Source of the DNA: Ichthyobacteriaceae bacterium
GTDB lineage: Bacteria > Bacteroidota > Bacteroidia > Flavobacteriales > JADGDT01
Assembly: GCA_023145615.1 (NCBI GenBank)
Contig: JAGLDK010000005.1
Coordinates: 1-63,039 of the forward strand
Direction of reading: 5' to 3'
Length of the DNA stretch: 63,039 nucleotides
The position numbers and the translations under genes are program-made. Numbering within the stretch: position 1 is the first letter of the stretch; each line of letters opens with the position of its first letter. Positions 19,404 through 30,400 of the stretch are shown here, one piece after another. A model generated the notes under the pieces. The model ran no database searches and had not been told where the DNA came from. It was given only the letters and a program-made list of their open reading frames with translations.

Positions 19404-19991
19404 ATGTATACTTATTTTTTTAAAAGATATTTTGATGTTTTAGTCTCTTTAATTATTTTAGTTTTATTATCTCCTATTTTAGTTTTTCTCTATCTAATTA
19501 CTAGTGTAACTTCAAAAGGTGGAGGTTTTTATTTTCAGAAAAGAATTGGATTGGCAGGAAAGGAATTTTATATATTTAAATTTCGATCAATGATAGTTAC
19601 TGCCGAAGGATTTAACACTCCTCAGCTTACTGAATTAAACGATGGTAGAATTACTGTTTGGGGTAAGTTTATGCGTAAATATTATCTTGATGAACTTCCT
19701 CAGTTTTTAAATGTATTACGTGGAGATATGTCGATAGTTGGCCCACGTCCGGAACGAGAATTCTTTATAAATCAAATAAATAGAAGAGGTGGTAATTTTA
19801 ACGATCTTATTCAGATTAAACCAGGTATTACATCTTTAGGTCAAATTAGATACGGATACGCTAGTTCTGTTGATCAAATGATGAGTCGTCTTAAATACGA
19901 GAAACTGTATTTGAAAAAGATATCGTTATATACTGATGTTAAAATTATACTAAACACTTTTGTTTCTGTTTTAAAGGCAAAAGGAATGTAA
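19404..19991 (+). CDS. Bacterial sugar transferase (undecaprenyl-phosphate sugar phosphotransferase family)
   Basis: It has 'KRYFDV', 'FKFRSM' and 'DELPQFLNVLRGDMSIVGPRPE'. The ORF is open from 19293, but the family normally starts at the 'MYTYFFKRYFD' Met at 19404. Confidence 0.8.
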   Translation: MYTYFFKRYFDVLVSLIILVLLSPILVFLYLITSVTSKGGGFYFQKRIGLAGKEFYIFKFRSMIVTAEGFNTPQLTELNDGRITVWGKFMRKYYLDELPQFLNVLRGDMSIVGPRPEREFFINQINRRGGNFNDLIQIKPGITSLGQIRYGYASSVDQMMSRLKYEKLYLKKISLYTDVKIILNTFVSVLKAKGM

Positions 19992-20826
19992 TGTTTACAT
20001 TGTTATTGTTTCATGTGTTAAAATAACTAATTATTCTTTCTTTTACGGTAAATTTTATATCATTTTATTTTACAATATACCCTATAATTCAGTTGACTTT
20101 AATACTCTTTAAGTTGATGTATTTTATTTTTGTCTAATAATTTTAGATGCTTAAATTTATATATGCATCTTTATTTTATTGCAATTGAACTACGCTATAT
20201 TTTACCTTAATTTTCGAATACAATATTCCCTGTTTTCCCTTTTTTTATTTAAAATTTAAGTAATTATACTTCTAATAAAATTACTGTTAATTGTTCCTGT
20301 ATATTTTTTGAATTACTTTAAATTCTAAATTTTAAAGATTCAATATAATCTAGTTTTAGATATAAAATATGAATCTTTTTTCGAATTTCAGCAAAAAAAC
20401 GACTCTTTTTTCTGCTTTTTAACATTTTTGGATAAAAATAATTTTTTCAAACAGATTGAAATTTCAAAGTTTTTCGTTTTTATATATAATAGCCTTTTTT
20501 TTTGCGTCAGTTAGTTTATCGAAGTTTTTAGCACTTATACTGAATGTCTTACTCTGTAATGCCTTGTTTTATATAGATGTTATGATATAATTTATTTTTA
20601 TTTATTGCTTTTCTTTTATTATTATATAGTGTAAAAATATATCACTTTGCAACTTCAATAACTGTGCTTGCATAGTATATAAAATATATTGTTATTCTTT
20701 TGTAAAAAGGAAAAAAGAAGCTACTTTTCGCCGCTTCAAATTTATACGTTTAATAGCTAGAGTAGTTTATGTTAATCGGTAGGGTTTGATTGTAAACGAA
20801 TAAACAATTTCGAAAAATATAGAATA

Positions 20827-21816
20827 ATGAGCAATATCACAGCAGCAATTACTGCCGTTGGAGGATATGTTCCTGATTATGTAATGACTAATAAGGAACT
20901 TGAAACCATGGTTGATACTAACGACGAGTGGATACGCTCGCGAACAGGTATTGAAGAAAGAAGGATTTTGAAGGAAGAAGGTGCTGGTACATCTTTTATG
21001 GCAATTAAAGCTGGAAATGAAATTATAGAGAAGAGTGGAATTGATGCTAAAGATATCGACTTAGTAATAGTTACTACTGCAACGCCTGATATGAATGTGG
21101 CTTCAACTGCATCGCATGTGGCTACGCAAATTGGTGCGGTTAATGCTTTTGGTTACGATATTAGTGCTGCATGTTCTGGTTTTGTTTATGGTCTTTCAAC
21201 TGGTTCTGCCTTTATTGAAAGTGGAAAATACAAGAAAGTTATAGTTATTGGTGCCGATAAAATGTCGAGCATTGTTGATTATACCGACCGTAATACATGT
21301 ATTATTTTTGGAGATGGAGCTGGAGGAGTTTTACTTGAGCCTAACACCGAAGGTTACGGACTTCAGGATGAATATTTACGATCGGATTCTGTTGGACGTG
21401 AATTCTTGAATATGGAAGCTGGTGGATCATTATTACCTCCTAGTCATGAAACTGTTGATAATCGTCAACATTTTATTCGTCAAGATGGGCGTACTGTATT
21501 TAAGTATGCGGTAAGTAAAATGACAGAAGCTGCAACTATTATAGCTGAGCGTAATGATTTAAATAGCGATAATATTACTTGGCTTGCTGCACATCAGGCA
21601 AACAAACGTATTATAAACGCAATAAGTAGCCGTTTGAATTTAAAGGATGAGCAAGTAATGATGAATATTGAAAAGTATGGTAACACTACCAACGGTACTA
21701 TTCCATTACTTTTGTGGGACTACGAAGAAAAATTGAAAAAAGGAGATAAGATTATTATTGCTGCCTTTGGTGGAGGTTTCACATGGGGGTCGCAGTATTT
21801 AACTTGGGCATATTAA
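20827..21816 (+). CDS. fabH: Beta-ketoacyl-ACP synthase III
   Basis: 329 aa with the active-site Cys in 'SAACSGF', plus 'AAHQANKRI' and 'YGNTTNGTIP'. Confidence 0.9.
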   Translation: MSNITAAITAVGGYVPDYVMTNKELETMVDTNDEWIRSRTGIEERRILKEEGAGTSFMAIKAGNEIIEKSGIDAKDIDLVIVTTATPDMNVASTASHVATQIGAVNAFGYDISAACSGFVYGLSTGSAFIESGKYKKVIVIGADKMSSIVDYTDRNTCIIFGDGAGGVLLEPNTEGYGLQDEYLRSDSVGREFLNMEAGGSLLPPSHETVDNRQHFIRQDGRTVFKYAVSKMTEAATIIAERNDLNSDNITWLAAHQANKRIINAISSRLNLKDEQVMMNIEKYGNTTNGTIPLLLWDYEEKLKKGDKIIIAAFGGGFTWGSQYLTWAY

Positions 21817-21998
21817 TAAAGTATAATAATAATTTAAGTACTGGTTTGTTTTAAACTTATTGTTTAAGCACTTTGTTATAATTGATATTAATCTTTTAAA
21901 CAAATAAAAATAAACCTAAAGTTGATAGTTTAATAACTATTAACCAAGTTGAGTTAATTATAACTCGGTTTGAATTAACAATATTTAAATACAAAATT

Positions 21999-22478
21999 AT
22001 GGAATTAAAGGAAATTCAAAACTTGATTAAGTTTGTTGCTAAATCAGGAGCAAGCGAAGTTGCTTTAGAAATGGATGATATTAAAATCACCATTAAAACA
22101 TTAGGCGAAGTTGCAGAGCACACAATAGTTCAGCAAATGCCAATGCCAGGTTACGGTCAAATGCCAGTTGCACCTGCTGTTGCTGCTCCAGTTGGAGAAG
22201 CGGCTGCTGCTGTTCCTGCTGAAGATGAGGATTCAAAATATATAGCTATTAAGTCGCCAATGATTGGTACTATCTACCGTAAGCCAACGCCAGAAAAACC
22301 TGCGTTTGTTAAAGTAGGAGATGAGATTTCGGCAGGAGATGTAGTTTGTATTATTGAAGCTATGAAGTTGTTTAACGAAATTGAGTCGGAAGTATCAGGT
22401 AGAATTGTAAAAGTATTAGTGGATGATAATTCTCCTATCGAATACGATCAGCCTTTATTCTTAGTTGACCCGTCGTAG
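21999..22478 (+). CDS. accB: Acetyl-CoA carboxylase biotin carboxyl carrier protein
   Basis: 159 aa with an Ala/Pro-rich linker and the biotinyl-lysine motif 'IIEAMKLFNEIE'. Confidence 0.9.
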   Translation: MELKEIQNLIKFVAKSGASEVALEMDDIKITIKTLGEVAEHTIVQQMPMPGYGQMPVAPAVAAPVGEAAAAVPAEDEDSKYIAIKSPMIGTIYRKPTPEKPAFVKVGDEISAGDVVCIIEAMKLFNEIESEVSGRIVKVLVDDNSPIEYDQPLFLVDPS

Positions 22479-22581
22479 TTAAGTTTTAGGTTTGTAGTTT
22501 GAGAGTTTAATTTACTAATAATGAACTAAACTTTGGCAAAACTACAAGCAAATTCAAAAGCCAATTAAAAGGTTAATCCTT

Positions 22582-23952
22582 ATGGCTAATAAAACAACTT
22601 TTAAGATGCTTAAAAAAATATTAATTGCCAATCGTGGGGAAATTGCGTTACGTATCATACGTACTGCTCGCGAGATGGGTATAAAAACAGTTGCTGTATA
22701 TTCTACGGCAGATGTTGATAGTTTGCATGTGCGTTTTGCAGATGAAGCTGTTTGTATTGGTCCGGCTGCTAGTTCTGAGTCTTATTTAAAAGCTCATAAC
22801 ATATTAGCTGCTGCCGAAATTACAAATGCCGATGCTATTCATCCAGGTTACGGGTTTTTATCCGAAAGTGCTTCATTCTCTAATCTTTGCGAAGAACATG
22901 GAATTAAGTTCATTGGAGCTTCGCCTGAAATGATTAATAGTATGGGAGATAAGGCTAATGCCAAAGAAACTATGAAAAGAGCAGGTGTGCCTGTTGTTCC
23001 TGGTTCTGATGGTGTTATTCCTGATTTTGAAACATGTGAAAAACTTGCAGTAGAAGTTGGATATCCTGTAATGCTTAAAGCTTCTGCCGGTGGTGGAGGT
23101 AAAGGTATGCGTGCTGTTTACAAGCCCGAACAATTAAAAAAGGCTTGGGAAGATGCTCGTCAGGAATCAATGGCAGCTTTTGCAGATGAAGAAATGTACA
23201 TGGAAAAACTTATTGTTGATCCACGTCATATCGAAATTCAAGTAATTGGAGATTCAACAGGTAGAGCAAGTCACTTATCAGAAAGAGATTGTTCAATACA
23301 GCGTCGTCACCAAAAGCTTACCGAAGAAACTCCGTCGCCATTTATGACAGATGAGCTTCGTGAAGCAATGGGAGAAGCAGCCGTTAGAGCTACCGAGTTT
23401 ATTAAATACGAAGGAGTTGGTACAATAGAATTCTTAGTTGATAAGGATCGTAACTTCTACTTTATGGAAATGAATACTCGTATTCAGGTAGAGCACCCAA
23501 TTACAGAGCAGGTTATTGATTACGATTTAATACGTGAGCAAATTAAAGTAGCAAGTGGTTTACTTATTTCAGGAAAAAACCATTTACCTAAACTTTTCTC
23601 TATTGAGTGTAGAATTAATGCTGAGGATCCGTTTAACGAATTCCGTCCATCTCCGGGTAAGGTAACAAATTTCCATGCTCCAGGAGGACACGGAGTACGT
23701 GTTGATACTCATGTTTATGCAGGATACGTTATTCCTCCATATTACGATTCGATGATTGCTAAGCTTATTACAACTGCGCAATCAAGAGAAGAGGCTATTA
23801 ATAAAATGAAACGTGCATTAGATGAGTTTGTTATTGAAGGAGTAAAAACTACTATTCCTTTTCACAGAGCACTAATGGATAACGAAGCTTATAACGAAGG
23901 TGTTTATACAACTGCGTTTATGGATACATTTGTATTAGAAAGTCCTAAATAA
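22582..23952 (+). CDS. accC: Acetyl-CoA carboxylase biotin carboxylase
   Basis: It has '[12 protein letters not shown]', 'GGGGKGMR' and '[12 protein letters not shown]'. The true start may be the internal ATG at 22606 ('[12 protein letters not shown]'). Confidence 0.95.
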   Translation: MANKTTFKMLKKILIANRGEIALRIIRTAREMGIKTVAVYSTADVDSLHVRFADEAVCIGPAASSESYLKAHNILAAAEITNADAIHPGYGFLSESASFSNLCEEHGIKFIGASPEMINSMGDKANAKETMKRAGVPVVPGSDGVIPDFETCEKLAVEVGYPVMLKASAGGGGKGMRAVYKPEQLKKAWEDARQESMAAFADEEMYMEKLIVDPRHIEIQVIGDSTGRASHLSERDCSIQRRHQKLTEETPSPFMTDELREAMGEAAVRATEFIKYEGVGTIEFLVDKDRNFYFMEMNTRIQVEHPITEQVIDYDLIREQIKVASGLLISGKNHLPKLFSIECRINAEDPFNEFRPSPGKVTNFHAPGGHGVRVDTHVYAGYVIPPYYDSMIAKLITTAQSREEAINKMKRALDEFVIEGVKTTIPFHRALMDNEAYNEGVYTTAFMDTFVLESPK

Positions 23953-23986
23953 ATAACCTGATTTAGTAGGTTTATTTATTAAACAT

Positions 23987-24028
23987 AAAAAAAAGTCTGT
24001 ATCTAAATTTAGATACAGACTTTTTTTT
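23987..24028. terminator. Bidirectional terminator between convergent accC and the Crp/Fnr gene
   Basis: An 11-bp stem, GTCTGTATCTA / TAGATACAGAC, flanked by A8 and T8. Confidence 0.8.
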
Positions 24029-24089
24029 ATGAAATACTTTTAAAATTATATTAAAGTTTATCGAGGCATTATTATTTACAGCTAGTTAA

Positions 24090-24782
24090 TTAGCCATTTT
24101 TATAAGCCACCATTAATTTGTTTTTATCTAAAATACAGATTCTATCTTTTTTAAGTTCTATAACCTTTTCCTCGTTAAATTCTCTCAAAACTCTACCTAC
24201 ACTCATTACTGACATGTTAGAGAATTCGGCTAAATCTTTACGAGTTATAAACGACATAATTTCGTTGCTATCGAAAACATCGGTTGATAGAATTAACAAT
24301 GACCAAGCAATACGTCCGGTAAGTTGTTTCGACGAAGAATTAGCCATGTTGTTAAAATTACTAACACCTTTTTTATTGATGTTTTTTATTGTTTCGGCAG
24401 CAAACTTACTATTTTTATTTATCAGTTTTTCAAACAAGCTATTATCGAAACTGCAAACAATACAATCAGTTAATGCCTCTAGTGTGTGTTGCATTATGGT
24501 GTTTACAAAAAGCCCGTCAAGTCCTATTAAATTACATTTTTTTTCTATTGAAACTAATGTTCGGGTGCTAGTAAATTCTTTGTAGAATTTAACATAACCT
24601 TTCTTTAAAAATAAGATGTTTGTGTTTGCCGATCCTTGCTTAGCAAGTACTTCACCTTTCTTATAATTAACTATAATTTTGGTTTTTTCTAGTTCCTCTA
24701 AGTCCTCACTTGTAAGTACATCAAAGCACTTTGACCTACCCTTGCATTTTATGTCAATATACTCATTGTCTCTAAACGTCAT
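24090..24782 (-). CDS. Crp/Fnr-family transcriptional regulator
   Basis: 230 aa with a cNMP-binding-like beta-roll at the N-terminus and a C-terminal HTH 'RKDLAEFSNMSVMSVGRVLREF'. It has five Cys, including the N-terminal 'CKGRSKC'. It is divergent from the Mbx-like operon. Confidence 0.75.
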   Translation of the reverse strand: MTFRDNEYIDIKCKGRSKCFDVLTSEDLEELEKTKIIVNYKKGEVLAKQGSANTNILFLKKGYVKFYKEFTSTRTLVSIEKKCNLIGLDGLFVNTIMQHTLEALTDCIVCSFDNSLFEKLINKNSKFAAETIKNINKKGVSNFNNMANSSSKQLTGRIAWSLLILSTDVFDSNEIMSFITRKDLAEFSNMSVMSVGRVLREFNEEKVIELKKDRICILDKNKLMVAYKNG

Positions 24783-24802
24783 GATTGTGTTATTTAAGGT
24801 TG

Positions 24803-24810
24803 CAAATGTA
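24803..24810 (-). promoter_or_regulatory. -7 box TACATTTG (minus strand) for the Crp/Fnr regulator gene
   Basis: An exact TAnnTTTG match on the minus strand, about 21 nt upstream of the ATG at 24782. Confidence 0.4.
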
Positions 24811-24993
24811 CATTTTTTAGTTTCTTAAGCATCACTATTTAAGATTATTAGGAAAGATTGTTAACGAGTGTTATTGTTTATGCAACATAAGTAACTGTTT
24901 TTGATAAATATAGATACCTGTATATGTGTTTTATTTATCGTTTAAATAGGTTATTCTATGATGTTATACAGTGATAAATAAGGATTGGCTGAT

Positions 24994-25001
24994 TAAATTT
25001 G
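24994..25001 (+). promoter_or_regulatory. -7 box TAAATTTG for the Mbx-like operon
   Basis: An exact TAnnTTTG match 40 nt upstream of the ATG at 25041. Confidence 0.45.
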
Positions 25002-25040
25002 CGAACAAGTATTGTAAAAATCACAATTATTATTAATCAC

Positions 25041-25529
25041 ATGAAGAATAATGCACTAATGTTTTTGACTTTGATGTCAGTTTGGGTGTTGCTTAACGCA
25101 TCATTAGACCCAACGCTATTGGCTATCGGAGCAGGTGTTAGTTTGCTTATATCTTTTGCTTTTTGCTCAAAATGCGATGTAATAAGTGGTATAAACTTAA
25201 GTCCCAAGGCTATAGCTTATTCATTTATGTTCGTTTTTGTGTTTATTGGCGAGTTGATAAAAGCAAACATTAGCATCTCAAAGAGAGTTTTAGCGCCTTC
25301 ACTACCTATTAATCCAGGTATTGTACAGGTAAAAACTAAATTGAAGTCGAAAGTTGGAAGAATGGTATTAGCAAATGCCATAACTCTTACGCCAGGTACA
25401 TTTACATTGGATATTAAAGGCGAAGACCTTTTTATTCATTGGGTAGATGTAAAATCAACAGATGTTGATGGAGCGACAAAAGAGATAGTATCAACGTTTG
25501 AAAAGTATTTGGAGGTAATGTATGGTTAG
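25041..25529 (+). CDS. MrpE/MnhE-like membrane subunit (Mbx subunit A equivalent)
   Basis: It carries the 'LANAITLTPGTFTLD' MnhE signature. The ORF-track start at 24999 is a TTG inside a TAAATTTG -7 box, and the first ATG is at 25041. Confidence 0.8.
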   Translation: MKNNALMFLTLMSVWVLLNASLDPTLLAIGAGVSLLISFAFCSKCDVISGINLSPKAIAYSFMFVFVFIGELIKANISISKRVLAPSLPINPGIVQVKTKLKSKVGRMVLANAITLTPGTFTLDIKGEDLFIHWVDVKSTDVDGATKEIVSTFEKYLEVMYG

Positions 25530-25782
25530 TTCATTTATTTATTTAGCTGTAGCGATTAGTTTAATCAGCGTTTTGATCGTCTTAGTAAGATTTGCTAAGG
25601 GACCAGAAAAAGTAGATCGCATTGTTGCTTTTGATGTTATTTCAATTATTGGAGTTTCATTAATATTATTAATAGCAACGTTGATGAAGAGAGTTATTTA
25701 CATTGATGTAGCAATAGTTTATGCTATTCTAGGATTTATCGGTGTAGTTGTTGTTTCACGATTCATTAAAAAAGGACTGTAA
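25522..25782 (+). CDS. MrpF/PhaF-like membrane subunit (Mbx B equivalent)
   Basis: 86 aa with 'RFAKGPEKVDRIVAFDVISI'. It overlaps the upstream gene by 8 nt. Confidence 0.8.
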   Translation: MVSSFIYLAVAISLISVLIVLVRFAKGPEKVDRIVAFDVISIIGVSLILLIATLMKRVIYIDVAIVYAILGFIGVVVVSRFIKKGL

Positions 25783-26144
25783 TGGGAGATTTGTTAGAAA
25801 TTATTGGAGGTGTATTTCTGGTATTAGGTAGTATTACTATGCTGTTAGCAGCAATTGGAATGTATCGTATGCCTGATTTTTATAACCGTATCCAGGTGGC
25901 TACAAAAGCTTCAACATTGGGTTTATTGCAAGTGGCTTTAGGAGTTGGATTAATTATGCCAGGATGGGCACCAAAATTGGTTGTTCTTTTTGTGTTTATA
26001 TTATTCACAAACCCTATTTCTTCTCATTTAGTAGCTCGTGCTGCTTACTTTACAAAAGTACCAATGAGTAAGGATACTAAAATTGACAAACTAAAAGAGT
26101 CAATTAGCAAAGCACATTTGAAAACTGTAAAAACTAAAGCTTAA
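25782..26144 (+). CDS. MrpG/PhaG-like membrane subunit (Mbx C equivalent)
   Basis: 120 aa with 'MYRMPDFYNRIQVATKASTLG'. It has a TAATG stop/start overlap. Confidence 0.8.
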   Translation: MGDLLEIIGGVFLVLGSITMLLAAIGMYRMPDFYNRIQVATKASTLGLLQVALGVGLIMPGWAPKLVVLFVFILFTNPISSHLVARAAYFTKVPMSKDTKIDKLKESISKAHLKTVKTKA

Positions 26145-26149
26145 GAAAG

Positions 26150-26392
26150 ATGTTAACAGTATTAGCAGCAATATTAGGAATAGCAGCTGTAGTAGGAGCA
26201 TACTACGCTATTCACAATGAAAAATTGACCGCAGCTATAATTGCATCAGGAATAGTTGGTATGGTGTCGTCAATATTATTTTTATTATTAGCAGCACCAG
26301 ATGTTGCAATGACAGAAGCAAGTATTGGTAGTGCATTAACTACTGCTATCTTTTTCTTCACTTTAAACAAAATAAGACAAACAAATGGATAA
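26150..26392 (+). CDS. MbhD/DUF4040-like small membrane subunit (Mbx D equivalent)
   Basis: 80 aa with two to three TM segments and 'AAPDVAMTEASIGSALTT', which resembles the MnhB N-terminal part. Confidence 0.7.
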   Translation: MLTVLAAILGIAAVVGAYYAIHNEKLTAAIIASGIVGMVSSILFLLLAAPDVAMTEASIGSALTTAIFFFTLNKIRQTNG

Positions 26393-27089
26393 GAAATTTA
26401 TGGTAGCGCTGCTTGTAGCAGCTATGGCAGTTATTCTATTTCCTTTGTTTCAATCATTTGAAGGAGGAACGCAATTAAGCGAATTAGGACAATATTACAC
26501 GCAAAATGGAGTAAGCGATACAGGAGCAACCAACTTGGTAGCATCTGTAGTTGTTACTTACAGAGGGTTAGATACTCTTGGTGAGGTAACTATTTTATTC
26601 CTTGCAGCATCTATTATCTCATTCTTTTTGAGTGTAAGTAAAGATGATAGAATTGAAAACAGAACAGTTATGTCTGTAACCGAAATTTTGAGTACCGCAT
26701 CTCAAACTCTTGTGCCAATTATTGTATTGGTAGGAGCTTATATTTTGGTTAACGGTCATTTAACTCCAGGTGGAGGTTTCCAGGGTGGTGCTATTATTGC
26801 ATCGGGTACCTTACTTATGTTCTTAGCAAATCCAAATCACAAATTAAACCACACAATTATTCATGTTATTGAATCTACTTCAGGTATTGCATTCGTAGCT
26901 ATTGGTGTTATTGGTGTTTTAATGATGGACGGCGGATTTTTAAGTAACAAGTTGTTCGATCTTGGTACTCCGGGTGAGGTTATCTCAGCAGGAGCTATGC
27001 CATTAATCAACATTTTCTTGGGACTTAAAGTAGGAACAGAGTTATCTAACGTTCTTGGAATATTTGTAGAATCACAAAACGAGAAATAA
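26385..27089 (+). CDS. MnhB/MrpB-domain membrane subunit (Mbx F equivalent)
   Basis: 234 aa with 'VVTYRGLDTLGEVTILF' and 'GHLTPGGGFQGGA'. It overlaps the upstream gene by 8 nt. Confidence 0.8.
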   Translation: MDKKFMVALLVAAMAVILFPLFQSFEGGTQLSELGQYYTQNGVSDTGATNLVASVVVTYRGLDTLGEVTILFLAASIISFFLSVSKDDRIENRTVMSVTEILSTASQTLVPIIVLVGAYILVNGHLTPGGGFQGGAIIASGTLLMFLANPNHKLNHTIIHVIESTSGIAFVAIGVIGVLMMDGGFLSNKLFDLGTPGEVISAGAMPLINIFLGLKVGTELSNVLGIFVESQNEK

Positions 27090-27090
27090 G

Positions 27091-27450
27091 ATGGATCAGT
27101 ATTTAGGACAAGTAGTGATGGCAATAGGATTTATTCTTGCAATTTTAGGGTTGTATGGCTTATTGTCTCAAAAAAACATGATAAAGATGATTCTTGGTTT
27201 CTCAATATTTACTACTGGTGTAAATATTATTATGGTTGCCATAGGATATGTAAAGGGAGGTACAGCACCTATTTTAGATGCTGAAGGAAATGCAGTTGCA
27301 AAATTTGTAGATCCAGTACCACAGGCTTTGGTATTAACATCAATCGTTATTGGATTAGGTGTTACAGCTATGATGTTGGCTTACGTTATGAAGTTGTATC
27401 AGGATAAAAAGAGTTTGAACATAAATGACTATAAAGATTTAAAATGGTAG
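27091..27450 (+). CDS. MrpC/NuoK-like membrane subunit (Mbx G equivalent)
   Basis: 119 aa with 'DPVPQALVLTSIVIGLGVTAMML'. Confidence 0.8.
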   Translation: MDQYLGQVVMAIGFILAILGLYGLLSQKNMIKMILGFSIFTTGVNIIMVAIGYVKGGTAPILDAEGNAVAKFVDPVPQALVLTSIVIGLGVTAMMLAYVMKLYQDKKSLNINDYKDLKW

Positions 27451-30400
27451 GACCAATTTATATTATAGCACTTGCTCTCGGACTTGCGTTTTTCCTTGGG
27501 TTTTTTGGAAAGTCGGCTAAGACTCTTTCAGTTTACCTAATGTTAGCAGGACTTGCTGCCATGACATGTATCTCTGGTACGTGGCTTAGCGCATTTATCG
27601 ACGGAAGTGTTTCGACACAGGAAATTTATACGGCTGGTTTTAAACCTCCGTATTCTATTAATTTAAGAATGGGTCTTGAGGAGGCTGCGTTTACGTTTAT
27701 TATTAACCTAATCGGACTTCTTGGAGGAACATACTTATTTCAAACACTTAAAAAAGCAGGTAATGCCGCAATGTCGGTATTTATCATACTTATTATGAGT
27801 TTGAATGTTATTGTAATGACACGTGATCTTTTCAACCTTTTCGTATTCGTTGAGATTGGAAGTATCGCTACTGCTGGTTTAATACTTTTAGACAAAGAGT
27901 CGAAAGCATTACAAGCCGGTTTGAAATACATGATTGCTACAGGAGTAATTTCTGGTTTATTATTAATCGGAATTATATTTGCTTATAGCTTTGTAGGTAA
28001 TTTAAATATTGATGCTATTATTGGTGCTAACCTTGCAGGTACAACTGCTGGTATGGTTGCTGCTTTTTTAATAGTAGTTGTTCTTGTACTTGAGTTAAAA
28101 CCTTTCCCAGCAAACGGATGGGGACTTGATGTTTACGAAGCTGCAAACCCTGGAGTTGGTGCATTAGTATCGGCTGCAATCGGAACTGCTAGTTTATTCG
28201 TACTTCACAAAGTTCTACCAATGGCTGGAGAATCTTTTTACCCTTACATTGTAGCGGTAGGAGTTATTACTTTTGTAGGTTCGAACTTAGTAGGTACTCA
28301 ACAAAAAAATGCAAACCGTTTGTTAGGATATTCTTCTATCGGACAACTTGGATTGGTTGTTGCAGTTATCGGACTAGAGCCTGTATTAGGAACTAGTTTT
28401 AAATTCATCGCATTTGCTTTAATAATCAATCACGTATTGGCTAAAGCAGGTTTGTTCTGGATTTCAGGAATTATTAGAAAAGCTAATATTTCAGAATGGT
28501 CGGTATTGCGTACAAAACCAGCATTACTTATTTCATTCTTGATTTTCATATTTGCTTTAATCGGATTCCCTCCATTCCCTTCTTTCTTCGGAAAATATCA
28601 GTTAATCATGAATTTGATTTCTTCTGATAACATTGGTACTGCTGCATTTATCCTTATCGGATCTTTTGCCGAAGGTATTTACATGTTCCGTTGGGTAGGC
28701 GATGCGTTGAAAAACGAAGTTGCTGAAGATGCTACTGAATCTCTTGATTGTGGAAAACTAAACAAGGTACTTCCTGTATTATTGATGGCTGTAGCTGTTG
28801 TTGCTGCCGGATATTTATCAATACCTTTTGTTGATGGAGCTTATTCTACATACTTTATTCCACTTGCATTTATTATGTTTATTGGATTAATTGATAGTTT
28901 CCTTCCTGCTGTTGTAAAGAACGTTGTTTCTATTGCAGGTATGGCATACTTCACTTACGTTATGTATCCAATTATTGAGGGTGATTTAATGCGTTCTATT
29001 TTCTTCGGAATATTTATGATTGGGGGTATTCTTACTCTTATTCCTGGATTTGCTAAGAAAGGTAAGCGCGAAGGTTTCTATCCTGCTGCATTATTAATGT
29101 ATGCTGGTTTAGCAACTATTATTACTGCTGATAACACTTTCGGATTTTTCTTCGGATGGGAATTAATGACTGCTGGTTCTTACTTCCTTATCATTCGTGG
29201 TAAACGTTCAAAAGCTCACGCATATTCATACATGTTGTTCTCTGTTGCCGGAGCTTACTTAATCCTTTTCGGATTCGGTTTTGCTTATCAAGCAATTGGT
29301 TCATCGTTGTTAGAAGGATTAGGAGAGATTAAATTGTTGCCTACATTGGCTTACACTGCATTGGCTATTGGTTTCATGACAAAAACGGCATCATTAGGTC
29401 TTCATATATGGTTGCCAGGTGCACACGGTGAAGCTGAGTCTGACGTATCTCCAATGGTATCGGCAGTATTGCTTAAAGCCGGAGTATTTGGTTTAATGTT
29501 GTTGTTCCTTAATATGGGAGACAATGGTGAAACTATTTTATACGTACTAGGTTGGGTTGGAGCATTTACTGCTTTAATGGGTAACCTTTCTGCAACTTTC
29601 CAGGAAGATGCAAAACGTATGTTGGCTTACTCTTCAATAGGGCAATTAGGATATATCCTTTTCGCTATTTCAATGATGACTACTTTAGGATGGTTAGCAG
29701 GTTTTACTTATGTGTTAAACCACTTTATGTTTAAATCTATTCTGTTTATGGTAGTTGGAGGAATTGTTGTAGCAACAGGTACTCACGATTTATACCGTAT
29801 GGGTGGACTTATCAAAAAAATGCCTTTAGCATTTATAGCTGTTATGGTTGCTATGATTACTATGGCTGGTCTTCCACCACTTTCAGGATTTGCAGGTAAA
29901 TGGTTGTTCTACAACGCTGTAATTCTTAAAGGATGGTACATTCAAGGAGTTATAGTATTCTTTGCAGGTACAATTGCATTTATGTATGCATACAAAATGC
30001 TTCACTCAATTTTCTTTGGTCAATTAAAAGATAACCACCGAAACTTAAAAGAGTTAAGTCCTGCAATATTAATTCCTGCTTATATTCTTATTGCAGGTAT
30101 TATGTACTTCTCAGTATTCCCACAAGACGTTCTACAACCTATAAACGAACTATTAGTTAGTTTAAATCTTGGAGATACACTTACATGGGCTGCCGATGGT
30201 AATGCAACTACAGTATTAAGTAACTGGAATGGTAATGCTGTTATGATAATTATTGTAACAACATTTGCTTTAGTATTGCTTTATACTATGCTAATTACTG
30301 GTAAAACTAAAAAACTTGAGCAGTTTAACATTGCTTATTCTGCCGAGCGTCCTTTCCGTCCTGAAACAACACATTATTCACATAATATGTTTGCAGGATT

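Noticed and set aside
19992-20826. Assigning the 835-nt gap to a specific ncRNA (RNase P, tmRNA, SRP, 6S) or a named pseudogene
   Set aside because: None of the conserved cores I know for these RNAs is visible (for example the RNase P GAGGAAAGTCC-type box or a tmRNA tag reading frame). No frame gives a recognisable protein remnant by eye. It needs a database search.
24999-25040. ORF-track start codons at 24999, 30637 and 53906 (all TTG)
   Set aside because: 24999 and 53906 fall inside exact TAnnTTTG -7 promoter boxes, and 30637 lies inside the arm of an 18-bp hairpin. In each case an in-frame ATG (25041, 30664, 53936) begins the conserved part of the protein.
24783-25040. FNR/CRP operator (TTGAT-N4-ATCAA or TGTGA-N6-TCACA) in the regulator-operon intergenic region
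   Set aside because: Only half-site matches were found: TTGATaaatATAGA at 24901-14, GTGATaaatAAGGA at 24971-84, and two direct AATCACA repeats at about 25018-25041. None is a convincing palindrome, and Bacteroidota Crp/Fnr motifs may differ.
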